A stretch of DNA of 64,000 bases from Thermoplasmata archaeon. Lineage in GTDB: Archaea > Thermoplasmatota > DTKX01 > JAHFTX01. Made by a program: the position numbers and the translations under genes. This document shows, piece by piece, positions 19,378 through 27,852 of this stretch. A model generated the notes under the pieces. It was not told the origin of the DNA. It saw only the letters and a list, made by a program, of their open reading frames with translations, and searched no databases. The stretch spans positions 12,308 through 76,307 of the forward strand of contig JAHFTX010000009.1 of assembly GCA_023265395.1 (NCBI GenBank), written 5' to 3'. How positions within the stretch are numbered: the first letter of the stretch is position 1; each line of letters begins with the position of its first letter.

Positions 19378-19487
19378 TCCCGCCTCCCGGATTTGAACCG
19401 GGGGCCTGCTGATGGCCACGGCTGGCCGGATCCGATCCGGTGTCTCCACTACAGTCAGCCGCTCTAGCCAGGCTGAGCTAAGGCGGG
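19378..19487 (-). tRNA. tRNA-Tyr: tRNA-Tyr (anticodon GUA) with a 35-nt intron at the canonical 37/38 position; no encoded CCA
   Basis: Folded by hand on the minus strand. Acceptor CCCGCCT/AGGCGGG with discriminator A. D arm GCTC-AGCCTGGCTA-GAGC. Anticodon stem GCTGA/TCAGC with loop CTGTAG + intron + A. T arm CCCGG-TTCAAAT-CCGGG. The C1:G72 pair is the archaeal/eukaryal tRNA-Tyr identity pair. Confidence 0.9.
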
Positions 19488-19512
19488 GCGACCGCCCAAC
19501 CCAGCATCCGCA

Positions 19513-19518
19513 CAAATA
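19513..19518 (-). promoter_or_regulatory. TATA-like element (minus strand TATTTG) upstream of tRNA-Tyr
   Basis: Centred about 28 nt upstream of the mature tRNA 5' end. Confidence 0.4.
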
Positions 19519-19549
19519 CCTTCGCCCTGGGGTGGAGCAGGTCGGGACT

Positions 19550-21580
19550 CTACGGTGCCTGGCCATCCTTCGCCGCGCGCCGTGCACGCAGCGTCTTGCG
19601 CACGCGCTGCACCACCAACAGGCTGACCGCTACGGCGATCAGGACCACCAGCAGCGGCAGCAGCAACACCGAGATCGGAGAGGTGGTCGTCGTCGGGCCC
19701 TGGGCGCTCGAGAAGGTGACGTTGTCGGAGAGCGAGTGGGAGCCACCGCCGACGGCGCGCACCGATACGACATGGGTGCCGCTTCGCAGATGCCGGGTAT
19801 CGACACGTACCGACCAGTTCCAGAAGGTCCCGTCGCCGCTGTCGTCGGTGGCGTTGCGCCACGGGCCGTCGTCGATGTGATACTGCACCCCCTCGACGCC
19901 GCGCAGCTGGCGGTCCCAGGAGGAGCCGTTGATCGTCACCAGGCCGCTGACGTTCCCCAGCAGGGCGTCGGAGGGTTGCAGCACGTAGGCCTGCAGCCCG
20001 ACGTCGAGGGTGTCGACCTCGGTCAGGTCACGGGCCATGACGGTGGCGTTGTAGGCATCGATGATGCCATACCCGACCTCGCGGTTCCACACCGGGTCGA
20101 GGTCGGGGTCGGTGGCGTTCCATCCTCGTCGCTCGGCGGTCAGCTTGAGGATCTCCTTGATCTGGTCATGGGTGAGGTTGCTGTTGGCCTGGAGCATCAG
20201 CGCCGCGACCCCGGCGACGTTGGGGCCGGCATAGCTGGTCCCGCTGCCGCGCGGACCGTAGGTGCTGCTGCTCCCATCGCCGAAGCGGTCGTAGTTGGCC
20301 TGCAGGATGTCGGTTCCGGGGGCTGTCAGGTCGGGGAGCAACTCGTCGTAGGGGTTGGCGTCGCCGTCGTCGGCACGAGGGCCGCGGCTGCTGTAGTCGG
20401 CGATGCCGTCGTCCCGACGGTCGACCGTGTTGCGGTCGTCGCTGCTGGCGGTGGTGATTCCCCGCTCGGTCGCGGAGATCGAGGCGATACCTTGGTTGTC
20501 CGGGCCGGCGTTGCCGGCGATGGTGACGGTGACGATGCCCGCCTCGACGGCAGCGTCCAGCGCGCGGCTGTAGGGGTCGGTCCCGTCGGAGCTGTCCCCA
20601 GCGCCGCCCCAGAAGCTGATGGTGATGATGTCGATGCCTTCCGCCCCAGGCGGTCCGTTGGTCCACTTCTGGTCCTTGTGGGAGATCGCCCAGTCGAAGG
20701 CCCGCAGGATGCTGTCGAAGATCTTGGCGTCGAGGACGCCTCCGACGGAGAAGCCCAGCGCGGTGCCGATGCGCACGTCGACCAGCCCGGCGCCAGGGGC
20801 ATTGCCGGCGTAGGTGCCCGCCGCGCCGCCGGTGCCAAGGGCGATGCCCGCGCAGGTGGTGCCATGACCCTGGGCGTCGTCGGGATCGTCGGAGCCGTCC
20901 TTGGGCCAGAGGATCGGCACCGTGGGCTTGGTCATGTCCGCGCCGCCGAGGAACTTGCCTGAGAAGCTCTCGTGGCCATCATCGACGCCCGTGTCGAGCA
21001 CGGCAAGGGCGACACCCTCACCATCATAGCCGAGCTCCTCCCAGACGGTGTGGGGCGAATACTCGGGACTGCCACGGACCTTGACGGCCGGATTGGCCAC
21101 GTCGCTCCCGGGCACGAGCGATGGCTTGGACTCGACGAAGACCACGTGCGGGAGCGCAGCGAGCGCTTCGATCCCTCCCAAGGGTACGCCACTGAGCGAG
21201 AGCAGCTGCAGGTAGGCGAAGTGGTCGAGAATCAGGATCCCCAGCTCCTCAAGGTTGGCAACGTCAGAACCGGTGGGCACCCGGTCGTAATCGAGGTAGA
21301 CCTCGGCGGTCGTGGCGGGGCCGTAGGTCCGCAGCCAGCCCTCCAGGCGGTCCTCGACATGGTCTCGGTCCGTGTCGCGGCTGGTGCGATCGTACCAGGG
21401 CACGCTGCTCGGTGCGCGTGCGTGCCAGTGGCCCGGTTCTACGTCGCCCAGCCAGGGCCGGGGCATCCGCAGATGCTGGGGGAAGGCCGGAGGCTGCAGC
21501 GCGCTCGAGAGCCCGGTCGTGAGCAGCAGCAGCACGACTGCCAGGGCCAGTGCGCCGCTGCGGATCGGCCCCGTCACCAT
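19550..21580 (-). CDS. Secreted subtilisin-like serine protease (peptidase S8, halolysin-like) with C-terminal TM anchor
   Basis: Signal peptide MVTGPIRSGALALAVVLLLLTTGLSSA. Catalytic motifs ALAVLDTGVDDGH (Asp), HGTTCAGIA (His) and GTSYAGPNVAGVAALM (Ser). C-terminal ISVLLLPLLVVLIAVAVSLLVV is followed by a basic tail. Start set at ATG 21580. Confidence 0.88.
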   Translation of the reverse strand: MVTGPIRSGALALAVVLLLLTTGLSSALQPPAFPQHLRMPRPWLGDVEPGHWHARAPSSVPWYDRTSRDTDRDHVEDRLEGWLRTYGPATTAEVYLDYDRVPTGSDVANLEELGILILDHFAYLQLLSLSGVPLGGIEALAALPHVVFVESKPSLVPGSDVANPAVKVRGSPEYSPHTVWEELGYDGEGVALAVLDTGVDDGHESFSGKFLGGADMTKPTVPILWPKDGSDDPDDAQGHGTTCAGIALGTGGAAGTYAGNAPGAGLVDVRIGTALGFSVGGVLDAKIFDSILRAFDWAISHKDQKWTNGPPGAEGIDIITISFWGGAGDSSDGTDPYSRALDAAVEAGIVTVTIAGNAGPDNQGIASISATERGITTASSDDRNTVDRRDDGIADYSSRGPRADDGDANPYDELLPDLTAPGTDILQANYDRFGDGSSSTYGPRGSGTSYAGPNVAGVAALMLQANSNLTHDQIKEILKLTAERRGWNATDPDLDPVWNREVGYGIIDAYNATVMARDLTEVDTLDVGLQAYVLQPSDALLGNVSGLVTINGSSWDRQLRGVEGVQYHIDDGPWRNATDDSGDGTFWNWSVRVDTRHLRSGTHVVSVRAVGGGSHSLSDNVTFSSAQGPTTTTSPISVLLLPLLVVLIAVAVSLLVVQRVRKTLRARRAAKDGQAP

Positions 21581-21600
21581 GGGCCTTGCACCCTCGCTTC

Positions 21601-21610
21601 GGGATTTGGG
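21601..21610 (-). promoter_or_regulatory. Weak TATA-like element (minus strand CCCAAATCCC) upstream of the S8 protease
   Basis: Centred about 26 nt upstream of ATG 21580. Confidence 0.3.
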
Positions 21611-21656
21611 GTTGTTGGTGCGCACGGGGACCGACCTCGGGCGATCCCCCACCAAT

Positions 21657-21663
21657 GTTTATG
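21657..21663 (+). promoter_or_regulatory. TATA-like box GTTTATG upstream of the CBS-domain gene
   Basis: Centred about 30 nt upstream of ATG 21690. This supports the short version of ORF 21372..22196. Confidence 0.45.
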
Positions 21664-21689
21664 CGCTCGTTGCCCATCTGCGACGCATC

Positions 21690-22196
21690 ATGGCGACGCC
21701 TGCGGGACGGACGCTCGACAAGGTCCGCGACGCCCACCGCTCCTTTGGTCGCGCCCCGGCGATCGTCCCCTCGGGAGCCACCATCAGACGGGCGGTCGAG
21801 GAATGCCTCCGGCATCCGGACACCGCTTCGGTCTACGTCGTCGACGCCAGGGGCACGCTCGTCGGTGTCGTGCGCCTGTGCGACCTGTTACGCACGGAGC
21901 CGGCCCGCTCCGTCACCAACCGCGGCGACGTCGCCTCCCTCGCCCGTTCCTGGAACAAGCACCTCTCGACCCAGCAGGTCGACGGTGCGATGCACCCGCC
22001 CACGTCGGTGCGCGAGGACGACCTCCTGATCGACGCCTGGGAGAAGATGGTCGCCTTGCAGCTGAGCGACCTGCCGGTGGTCGATCGCGACCAGCGGTTG
22101 GTCGGCGAGCTCAACGCGCCCGACCTGCTCAAGTTCCTCCTCGAGGACGTCCGCAGCGGCGCGAGCGGTGGCGACCTCATCCCCCCTGTACCCTGA
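21690..22196 (+). CDS. CBS-domain pair protein
   Basis: Two CBS-like units (IVPSGATIRRAVEECLRHPDTASVYVVDARGTLVGVVRLCDLL and SVREDDLLIDAWEKMVALQLSDLPVVDRDQRLVGELNAPDLL). The upstream part of the ORF overlaps the protease gene and was discarded. Confidence 0.65.
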   Translation: MATPAGRTLDKVRDAHRSFGRAPAIVPSGATIRRAVEECLRHPDTASVYVVDARGTLVGVVRLCDLLRTEPARSVTNRGDVASLARSWNKHLSTQQVDGAMHPPTSVREDDLLIDAWEKMVALQLSDLPVVDRDQRLVGELNAPDLLKFLLEDVRSGASGGDLIPPVP

Positions 22197-22235
22197 AGAA
22201 TCGGGGCCCAGAATAGGCCGAAGCATTACCGGCCT

Positions 22236-22264
22236 CGATAGGGGGAGACTGAGCCCCGATAGGG
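22236..22264 (+). repeat. Direct repeat CGATAGGG x2 (21-nt spacing) upstream of the FG-GAP gene; a related AATAGG lies at 22212-22217
   Basis: Copies at 22236-22243 and 22257-22264, read directly. Extended similarity is CCTCGATAGGGGG versus CCCCGATAGGGTG. Confidence 0.4.
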
Positions 22265-22279
22265 TGCGCGAACGCACCC
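22262..22279. other. Hairpin GGGTGCG-CGAA-CGCACCC (7-bp stem, tetraloop)
   Basis: Read directly. Lies 66 nt downstream of the CBS gene stop and 66 nt upstream of ATG 22345. Confidence 0.3.
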
Positions 22280-22344
22280 CGTCCCCCGCTCTGCGTTCGT
22301 GGGTATGAGCCTTTCGTGCGTCCATCCCTGTCCCGCTTCGCAGT

Positions 22345-25300
22345 ATGGGCGGGAAGTCGAAACGTATATCGGCCGTCATCCCCAGCGGCCGCCGCCGGCT
22401 GGCCTCCGGTCCGGGTGAGACGTTGGTGAGCACGAACGGTCTCCTTGGGGCCCTGTTGGTGCTGCTTGCCCTGCTCCCGGTCCTGCCCGTGCCCGTTGGT
22501 GGCGTCGCCCCCATCGACGATGCACCCCATACCTGGTTGGGCAACGTCGGCATCTCGTTCCTGGGCGAGGGCGACAACGAGGAGAGTGGCCGTGGCGAGG
22601 CATTCCTTGGGGATGTCAATGGCGATGGCCGGGATGACTTCGCCATCACCAGCAACTTCGCCGACGAACCGGGGAATGGGGACGTGGGCAAGATCTACCT
22701 CTTCTTCGGACGGGTCCAGCCATGGGGAGCCAACCTGAGCCTCGCCAACTCTGACGCCTCATACTATGGCGAGGATCCTGACGACCGCGCCGGCCGTCGC
22801 GTGACTGGCCCCGGGGACCTCGACGGGGACGGGTTCGACGACTTCGTCGTCGCCGGGCCCGAGGTCGACTCCAATGGATCCAATTCAGGCGCCTGCTACC
22901 TCTTCTATGGTCGTAGCCAAGGGTGGATCCTCAACGGCCACCTCAACGCTGCCGACGCACGGATTATCGGCCAACCGGGGCATCGGTTCTGCAACGATGT
23001 CGCCGGGCCGGGTGACGTCAACGCCGATGGCTATCCCGATCTGTTGGTCGGGACCGACAGCACCGACCGCGCTTACCTGTTCTACGGCGGCCCGCAGCGC
23101 CTGTCGGGGACGGTCACGACCGCCAGCGCTGCTGCCACCTTCGTCGCCTCCAACGGTGACCGATTGGGCTGGGACGTCTCCTGGGTGGGCGACGTCAATG
23201 GCGACCAGATCGACGATCTGCTGATGGGGGCGCCCTATGCGGCCGATGGCGGCAACTGGGACGCCGGCAAGGCCTATCTGTACTTCGGCCGCCCCGAAGG
23301 CTGGAAGGCCTCGACCGGCGCTGGCGAGGCCGACGTCACCTTCCTCGGCCCCTCGGCGACGAGCCAGGCCGGCTACACGGTCGCTGGGCCTGGGGACGTC
23401 AACGGGGACGGGCTCGATGATGTGCTCGTGGGGGCGCCGAAGGATTCCCCCCTCGCCCTCGAGTCGGGGTCGGTCTACCTCTACCTGGGCAGACCCACGG
23501 CGGAGTGGCAACCGACACTCCCCGCCGCCCTCGCCGATACCAGCTTCATCGGGACTGCAGAGGACCACGAGCTTGGCGAGGCGATCCCCATCGGGAGCGA
23601 CGTCAACGGCGACGGCCTGAGCGACATGCTCCTGTGCGGCGCACCCAATGACACGCTCGACCAGCACGCCGGTGAGGCGTACCTCATCCTGGGCAGCCTC
23701 GTGGGTTGGACCTCGAACCAGCCGCCCCTTCCCGTCGCAGCGGCGAGCTACATCGGGGAGGCCTCCTACGATCGCGCATGCGACGAGGCCGGCGGCGGCG
23801 GGGACCTCGACGGCGATGGGCTCGATGACTTCCTCATCGGTGCACCCCAGAACGATCAGGCCGGCAACGGCATGGGCAAGGCGTACGGCCTGACACCCGC
23901 TCACAACGACCGGCCCAATGGGGTCCTTGGTGTGACCGTCTATGGTGATGTGGCACGGGAGCAGCCGATCGCCACCGCGGCGGTCGGCCAACGGGTCTTC
24001 GTGCAGGTCGATGGCCTCGACGCCTCACCGCTGAGCATCGACCGGTGCCAGGTCGAGATCCGATCGGATTCGCACCTGCGACACATCCGCATCGACCTGA
24101 CCGAGACGGCGCTCAACTCCGGTGCCTACGCTGGTGAGGTGCTGGTGACCAATCGCACCCATGAGCGCTTCGGCTGGATTGCGGCGGACCTGGGCGATAC
24201 GTTGACCCTCTCCTCGGTCGAGGCCCCGGCCAAGTCGATCGACCTGCCCATCCGCGGCATCGATCTGCCGGCGAACCTGACCGACCTGGTGGTGCTCGAA
24301 GATGCGACGCTCGACCTGCCCCTGGTCGCGGTCAACGGGACGGCGACTGGCTGGGACGTTCGCAGCGACGGAGGCTGGGTCACCTTCGACCCGTTGACCA
24401 TTCGCCTCCAAGGGACGCCCACCCACGCCGACGTGGGCTCCTACTGGCTGCAGGTCGAGACCGGCGATGCGTATGGCAACGTCGCCGAGCGCAACCTCAG
24501 CCTGCAGGTGCTCAACCGGCCCCCCCAGGTGCTCATCGCGCCCCCAAGCAGCGTCGACCAGGACGCAACCTACGCCGCCGACCTCGACAGCGACGATGAC
24601 CCTTACAGCGCGATCGTGTGGGCGCTCTCCCCTCCTGGCGCGTGGTTGAGCATCGACAACGACAGCGGGGCGCTCTTGGGCACCCCACGTGCCCCTGACG
24701 TCGGGCTCAACCACTTCAACGTCAGCATGGTCGACGACCTCGGCGGTGTGGGGTGGTTCAACCTCACCATCCTTGTCGGTGACCTCCCCGACGCACCGTC
24801 GGTGACGACGATGCAGCTGCCGCCAGCGTGGGAGGATTCGTTCTATGAGGTGACCCTCAACGGCAGCGACCCCGACATCGGCTCCCTCGCCCCCACCTGG
24901 CGCCTGCTGGATGCCCCAGCATGGCTCTCCCTCGATGGTACCCTTGGGCTCCTCCTCGGCACGCCGGAGAACGCCGACGTCGGCATCCGTACCATCACCA
25001 TCGAGGTCAGCGACGCTGAGGACCACCGGACCAACACCTCGTTTCCCCTGGAGGTACGCAACACCAACGATCCCCCGCTGGTGGTCAGCCAGCCACCGAC
25101 GGCCGCAGCGGTCGGCTCCCCCTTCCTCTATCAGGTGGAGGCGGTCGACGACGACATCGGTGAGGTGCTGCACTACGAGCTCGACACCTGGCCCTCGGGG
25201 ATGTCGATCGGGTCGACGACTGGCCTGTTGGAGTGGGTGCCCGCCGAGGGGCAGCGCGGGATGCAGCACGTGATCATCGCGATCGGGGATGGCAACGCCA

Positions 25301-27762
25301 CGGTGGTGCAGGACTTCTCCATCGTCGTCAACTCACCGCCGCGGTTCGAGAGCCTCCCACCGCCGATGGCCAAGGTCGGGGTCGACTATGTCTACCAACC
25401 GCTGGTGACCGATCCTGACGGCATCGCGGGTCTGCGCTACACCCTCATCCAAGCACCCGACGGGATGGCGGTCGCCACGACCACGGGACGGTTGGTGTGG
25501 ACCCCTCAGGGCCGCGACGTGGGATTGCACACGGTCAGCCTGCAGGTCGTCGACGCCTTCACGAGCGCTGAGCAACGCTTCGGCATCGAGGTGCTCTCGA
25601 GCAGTGCCTCCGATGCCCCCAGCGTCGAGCTGCTCGACCCCGTCGACGGCGTGGCGGTCTACACCACCCTCGTCCAGCTACGCTGGCACGCCACCGACCC
25701 CGACGGTGATCCGATCAGCGCCAGCGTCTTCCTCTCCAACGACAGCCTTGCGGTCGCGCTCCGAGAGCCCTCGACGCTGATCGGCAACGTCACGGGCCAG
25801 GTGTCGCAGCTGCGTGTCCCCACGCCCCTGGTGCCGGGGCAGCACTATTCGTGGGCGGTCAGTGTCTCCGATGGCCTCTGGCAGGTCCACGGCACCCAGA
25901 CCTTCGATTTCCTTGTCTCGCCGCGCGCGACGGTCAACGAGCCCCCGTTGGCAGTCGGTCCGGCGAACTGGGAGTTCGTCGTCGAGACCTCGGCCACCTT
26001 CTCCCTGCTGGCTTCCGACGTCGAAGGGGATACGTTGACCTTCTCCCTGCTCGAGGGCCCTGAAGGGGCGACGGTCAGCCGCAGTGGTGCCGTCAGCTGG
26101 ACCCCCGCGAAGAGCATGGTCGGCCAGCACCTCCTCCAATGGGTCGTCGACGACGGGTCCTCCCGCGCCGTCGGGGTCGTCCACCTGACGGTCCAGGCAT
26201 CCGGCATCGACGGAGGCAAGGACGACCACCGGGCAGGACCGGGGGTGCTCAGCGTCTTCACCAGCCCGCTTGGGCTCGCAGCCCTGGGTGTGCTCGGTGC
26301 GGTGGTGCTCCTGGCCCTGGTGGTCGCGCGCCGTCGCAAGGACCACAGCCCGACACCCGCGCCGCCGCCGGTTGACGAGGCCGCACCACCTTCCTCCGAT
26401 CTTGGACCACGGCTGGGGACCGAACCGGGGCCGACCCCAGCCCTCGCCAAGGGAGCCCGCGCTGCGGTCGATCCCTTCCACGTCGTCTCGGTGCTGCTGA
26501 TCCATGCCGATGGCCGGCTCATCACCCATCGGCAGGCTGCCGGAACGCCCGAAGGCGAGGAGGAGGAGGACGAGTTACCCGCAGACCTCGTCTCGGGCAT
26601 GCTCGTGGCGATCCAGACCTTCGTGCAAGAGAGCTTCAAGTCTGAAGCGGGGCTGCAGACCTTCGCCTTCGATCGGTTCAAGGTCGTGCTCCATGGCCAA
26701 GGTGAGGTGCTCGCGGCGGTGCTCGTCTCGGGCACGCCTCCGCCGCAGATGGCTGAGGAGCTCGAGCGCGTCGCCGTGGCCGTCAATGGCAACTATGGGG
26801 CGATGCTCGACCACTGGGATGGGGACCTCGAAGGTCTGCCGGGGATCGAGGGCCACCTCGAGCCGATCTTCGCCCTGGAGCGATCCCTGGTGCAGCGCAA
26901 GGTGGTCCGTCGGGTGCGCGTGCGCTCGGGGCTGGAGTTCTTCCAGGGGTACCTGCGGCTCAAGGTCGCCGTCGTCAACGATACGACCGTCCCGATCTCG
27001 GGCTGCGAACTCCTGCTCGACTTCGATCATGCCTACCTGCGACTCGACCACATCGAACCCGCCCTGGGGCGTTCGGGTGAAGCGGTCCTCGTGGGGACCG
27101 TCCCCGGCCGGGAGAAGCGCACGGTCGCCTATCTGCTCGACCCCGTCATCTGTCAGACCTCGACGCTGGGATGCACCCTCTCCTACGGCGACGTCGGGGG
27201 CACACGGCGGACCTTGGTGATGAAGCCAAAGCCCCTCGATGTCGTCTGCCCGATCTTCTACACCCCCAAGACGGTCAACCTCGCCATCCTGCGGCGCCTG
27301 CTGAGCCATGCCTCGGTGCGCGACCACCGTTCCTTCCGGCCGCCCTCGTCGATGACCCTCGACGCCCTCTACCAGCACATCCGTGACATCGTCGCAGGCT
27401 ATGACGTGCGGATGGTGCGCGAGCTTGCCGCGGAGGATGCACCGGTTCTTGCCTCCGACCAGCCGATGGGGAAGGTCGCGTGGTTCTATGGCAAGGTCCC
27501 GCAGGGCGGCGAGGAGATCGTCATCACGGTGGCAGTCAACGAGAGCGGTGGGACCGTCGAGCTGGGGGTCGCATGCCGCAACGTCGCCTCCTTGACGGGC
27601 CTGCTCGCCGACATCGCTCACCAAGTGGTCAAGTCCAAGCCCACGGTCCGTAGCACGCACCAACCGAACTCGGAGGACGTGGTCGCCCAGACCATGCACC
27701 TGCTCGAAGGCATCGACGAGGACCCGACGGCGCCCCAGGGGCCCATCGGTCCTGCTGATTGA
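22345..27762 (+). CDS. Integrin-alpha-like (FG-GAP repeats) plus cadherin-like/putative-Ig ectodomain, single TM, ~470-aa cytoplasmic module
   Basis: N-terminal hydrophobic LLGALLVLLALLPVLPV. At least seven FG-GAP/Ca-binding repeats (GDVNGDGRDDF, GDLDGDGFDDF, GDVNADGYPDL, GDVNGDQIDDL, GDVNGDGLDDV, SDVNGDGLSDM, GDLDGDGLDDF). Repeated dystroglycan-type units follow (GTPTHADVGSYWLQVE, GTPRAPDVGLNHFNVS, GTPENADVGIRTITIEV and others). TM LGLAALGVLGAVVLLALVVA lies at about nt 26266-26328, followed by RRRK and a long non-repetitive cytoplasmic region. Confidence 0.8.
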   Translation: MGGKSKRISAVIPSGRRRLASGPGETLVSTNGLLGALLVLLALLPVLPVPVGGVAPIDDAPHTWLGNVGISFLGEGDNEESGRGEAFLGDVNGDGRDDFAITSNFADEPGNGDVGKIYLFFGRVQPWGANLSLANSDASYYGEDPDDRAGRRVTGPGDLDGDGFDDFVVAGPEVDSNGSNSGACYLFYGRSQGWILNGHLNAADARIIGQPGHRFCNDVAGPGDVNADGYPDLLVGTDSTDRAYLFYGGPQRLSGTVTTASAAATFVASNGDRLGWDVSWVGDVNGDQIDDLLMGAPYAADGGNWDAGKAYLYFGRPEGWKASTGAGEADVTFLGPSATSQAGYTVAGPGDVNGDGLDDVLVGAPKDSPLALESGSVYLYLGRPTAEWQPTLPAALADTSFIGTAEDHELGEAIPIGSDVNGDGLSDMLLCGAPNDTLDQHAGEAYLILGSLVGWTSNQPPLPVAAASYIGEASYDRACDEAGGGGDLDGDGLDDFLIGAPQNDQAGNGMGKAYGLTPAHNDRPNGVLGVTVYGDVAREQPIATAAVGQRVFVQVDGLDASPLSIDRCQVEIRSDSHLRHIRIDLTETALNSGAYAGEVLVTNRTHERFGWIAADLGDTLTLSSVEAPAKSIDLPIRGIDLPANLTDLVVLEDATLDLPLVAVNGTATGWDVRSDGGWVTFDPLTIRLQGTPTHADVGSYWLQVETGDAYGNVAERNLSLQVLNRPPQVLIAPPSSVDQDATYAADLDSDDDPYSAIVWALSPPGAWLSIDNDSGALLGTPRAPDVGLNHFNVSMVDDLGGVGWFNLTILVGDLPDAPSVTTMQLPPAWEDSFYEVTLNGSDPDIGSLAPTWRLLDAPAWLSLDGTLGLLLGTPENADVGIRTITIEVSDAEDHRTNTSFPLEVRNTNDPPLVVSQPPTAAAVGSPFLYQVEAVDDDIGEVLHYELDTWPSGMSIGSTTGLLEWVPAEGQRGMQHVIIAIGDGNATVVQDFSIVVNSPPRFESLPPPMAKVGVDYVYQPLVTDPDGIAGLRYTLIQAPDGMAVATTTGRLVWTPQGRDVGLHTVSLQVVDAFTSAEQRFGIEVLSSSASDAPSVELLDPVDGVAVYTTLVQLRWHATDPDGDPISASVFLSNDSLAVALREPSTLIGNVTGQVSQLRVPTPLVPGQHYSWAVSVSDGLWQVHGTQTFDFLVSPRATVNEPPLAVGPANWEFVVETSATFSLLASDVEGDTLTFSLLEGPEGATVSRSGAVSWTPAKSMVGQHLLQWVVDDGSSRAVGVVHLTVQASGIDGGKDDHRAGPGVLSVFTSPLGLAALGVLGAVVLLALVVARRRKDHSPTPAPPPVDEAAPPSSDLGPRLGTEPGPTPALAKGARAAVDPFHVVSVLLIHADGRLITHRQAAGTPEGEEEEDELPADLVSGMLVAIQTFVQESFKSEAGLQTFAFDRFKVVLHGQGEVLAAVLVSGTPPPQMAEELERVAVAVNGNYGAMLDHWDGDLEGLPGIEGHLEPIFALERSLVQRKVVRRVRVRSGLEFFQGYLRLKVAVVNDTTVPISGCELLLDFDHAYLRLDHIEPALGRSGEAVLVGTVPGREKRTVAYLLDPVICQTSTLGCTLSYGDVGGTRRTLVMKPKPLDVVCPIFYTPKTVNLAILRRLLSHASVRDHRSFRPPSSMTLDALYQHIRDIVAGYDVRMVRELAAEDAPVLASDQPMGKVAWFYGKVPQGGEEIVITVAVNESGGTVELGVACRNVASLTGLLADIAHQVVKSKPTVRSTHQPNSEDVVAQTMHLLEGIDEDPTAPQGPIGPAD

Positions 27763-27803
27763 GTCTCGACTGCGGCCGCGACGAGCATGGGGTCGACCTG
27801 GTG

Positions 27804-27829
27804 TATAGAAAATATAGAAACTGTTAAAA
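27804..27829 (+). promoter_or_regulatory. A/T-rich island: tandem TATAGAAA x2 followed by TGTTAAAA (probable TATA box of the 27853 gene)
   Basis: TATAGAAA lies at 27804-27811 and 27813-27820. TGTTAAAA at 27822-27829 is centred about 27 nt upstream of ATG 27853. It is the most A/T-rich stretch I saw in the window. Confidence 0.5.
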
Positions 27830-27852
27830 CCTAGGCTGCTGATGGCCATGGC

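Noticed and set aside
19378-19487. tRNA-Tyr as an integration hotspot or genomic island boundary
   Set aside because: I saw no integrase, no direct repeat of the tRNA 3' end and no compositional shift on either side. The flanking genes look like ordinary chromosomal genes.
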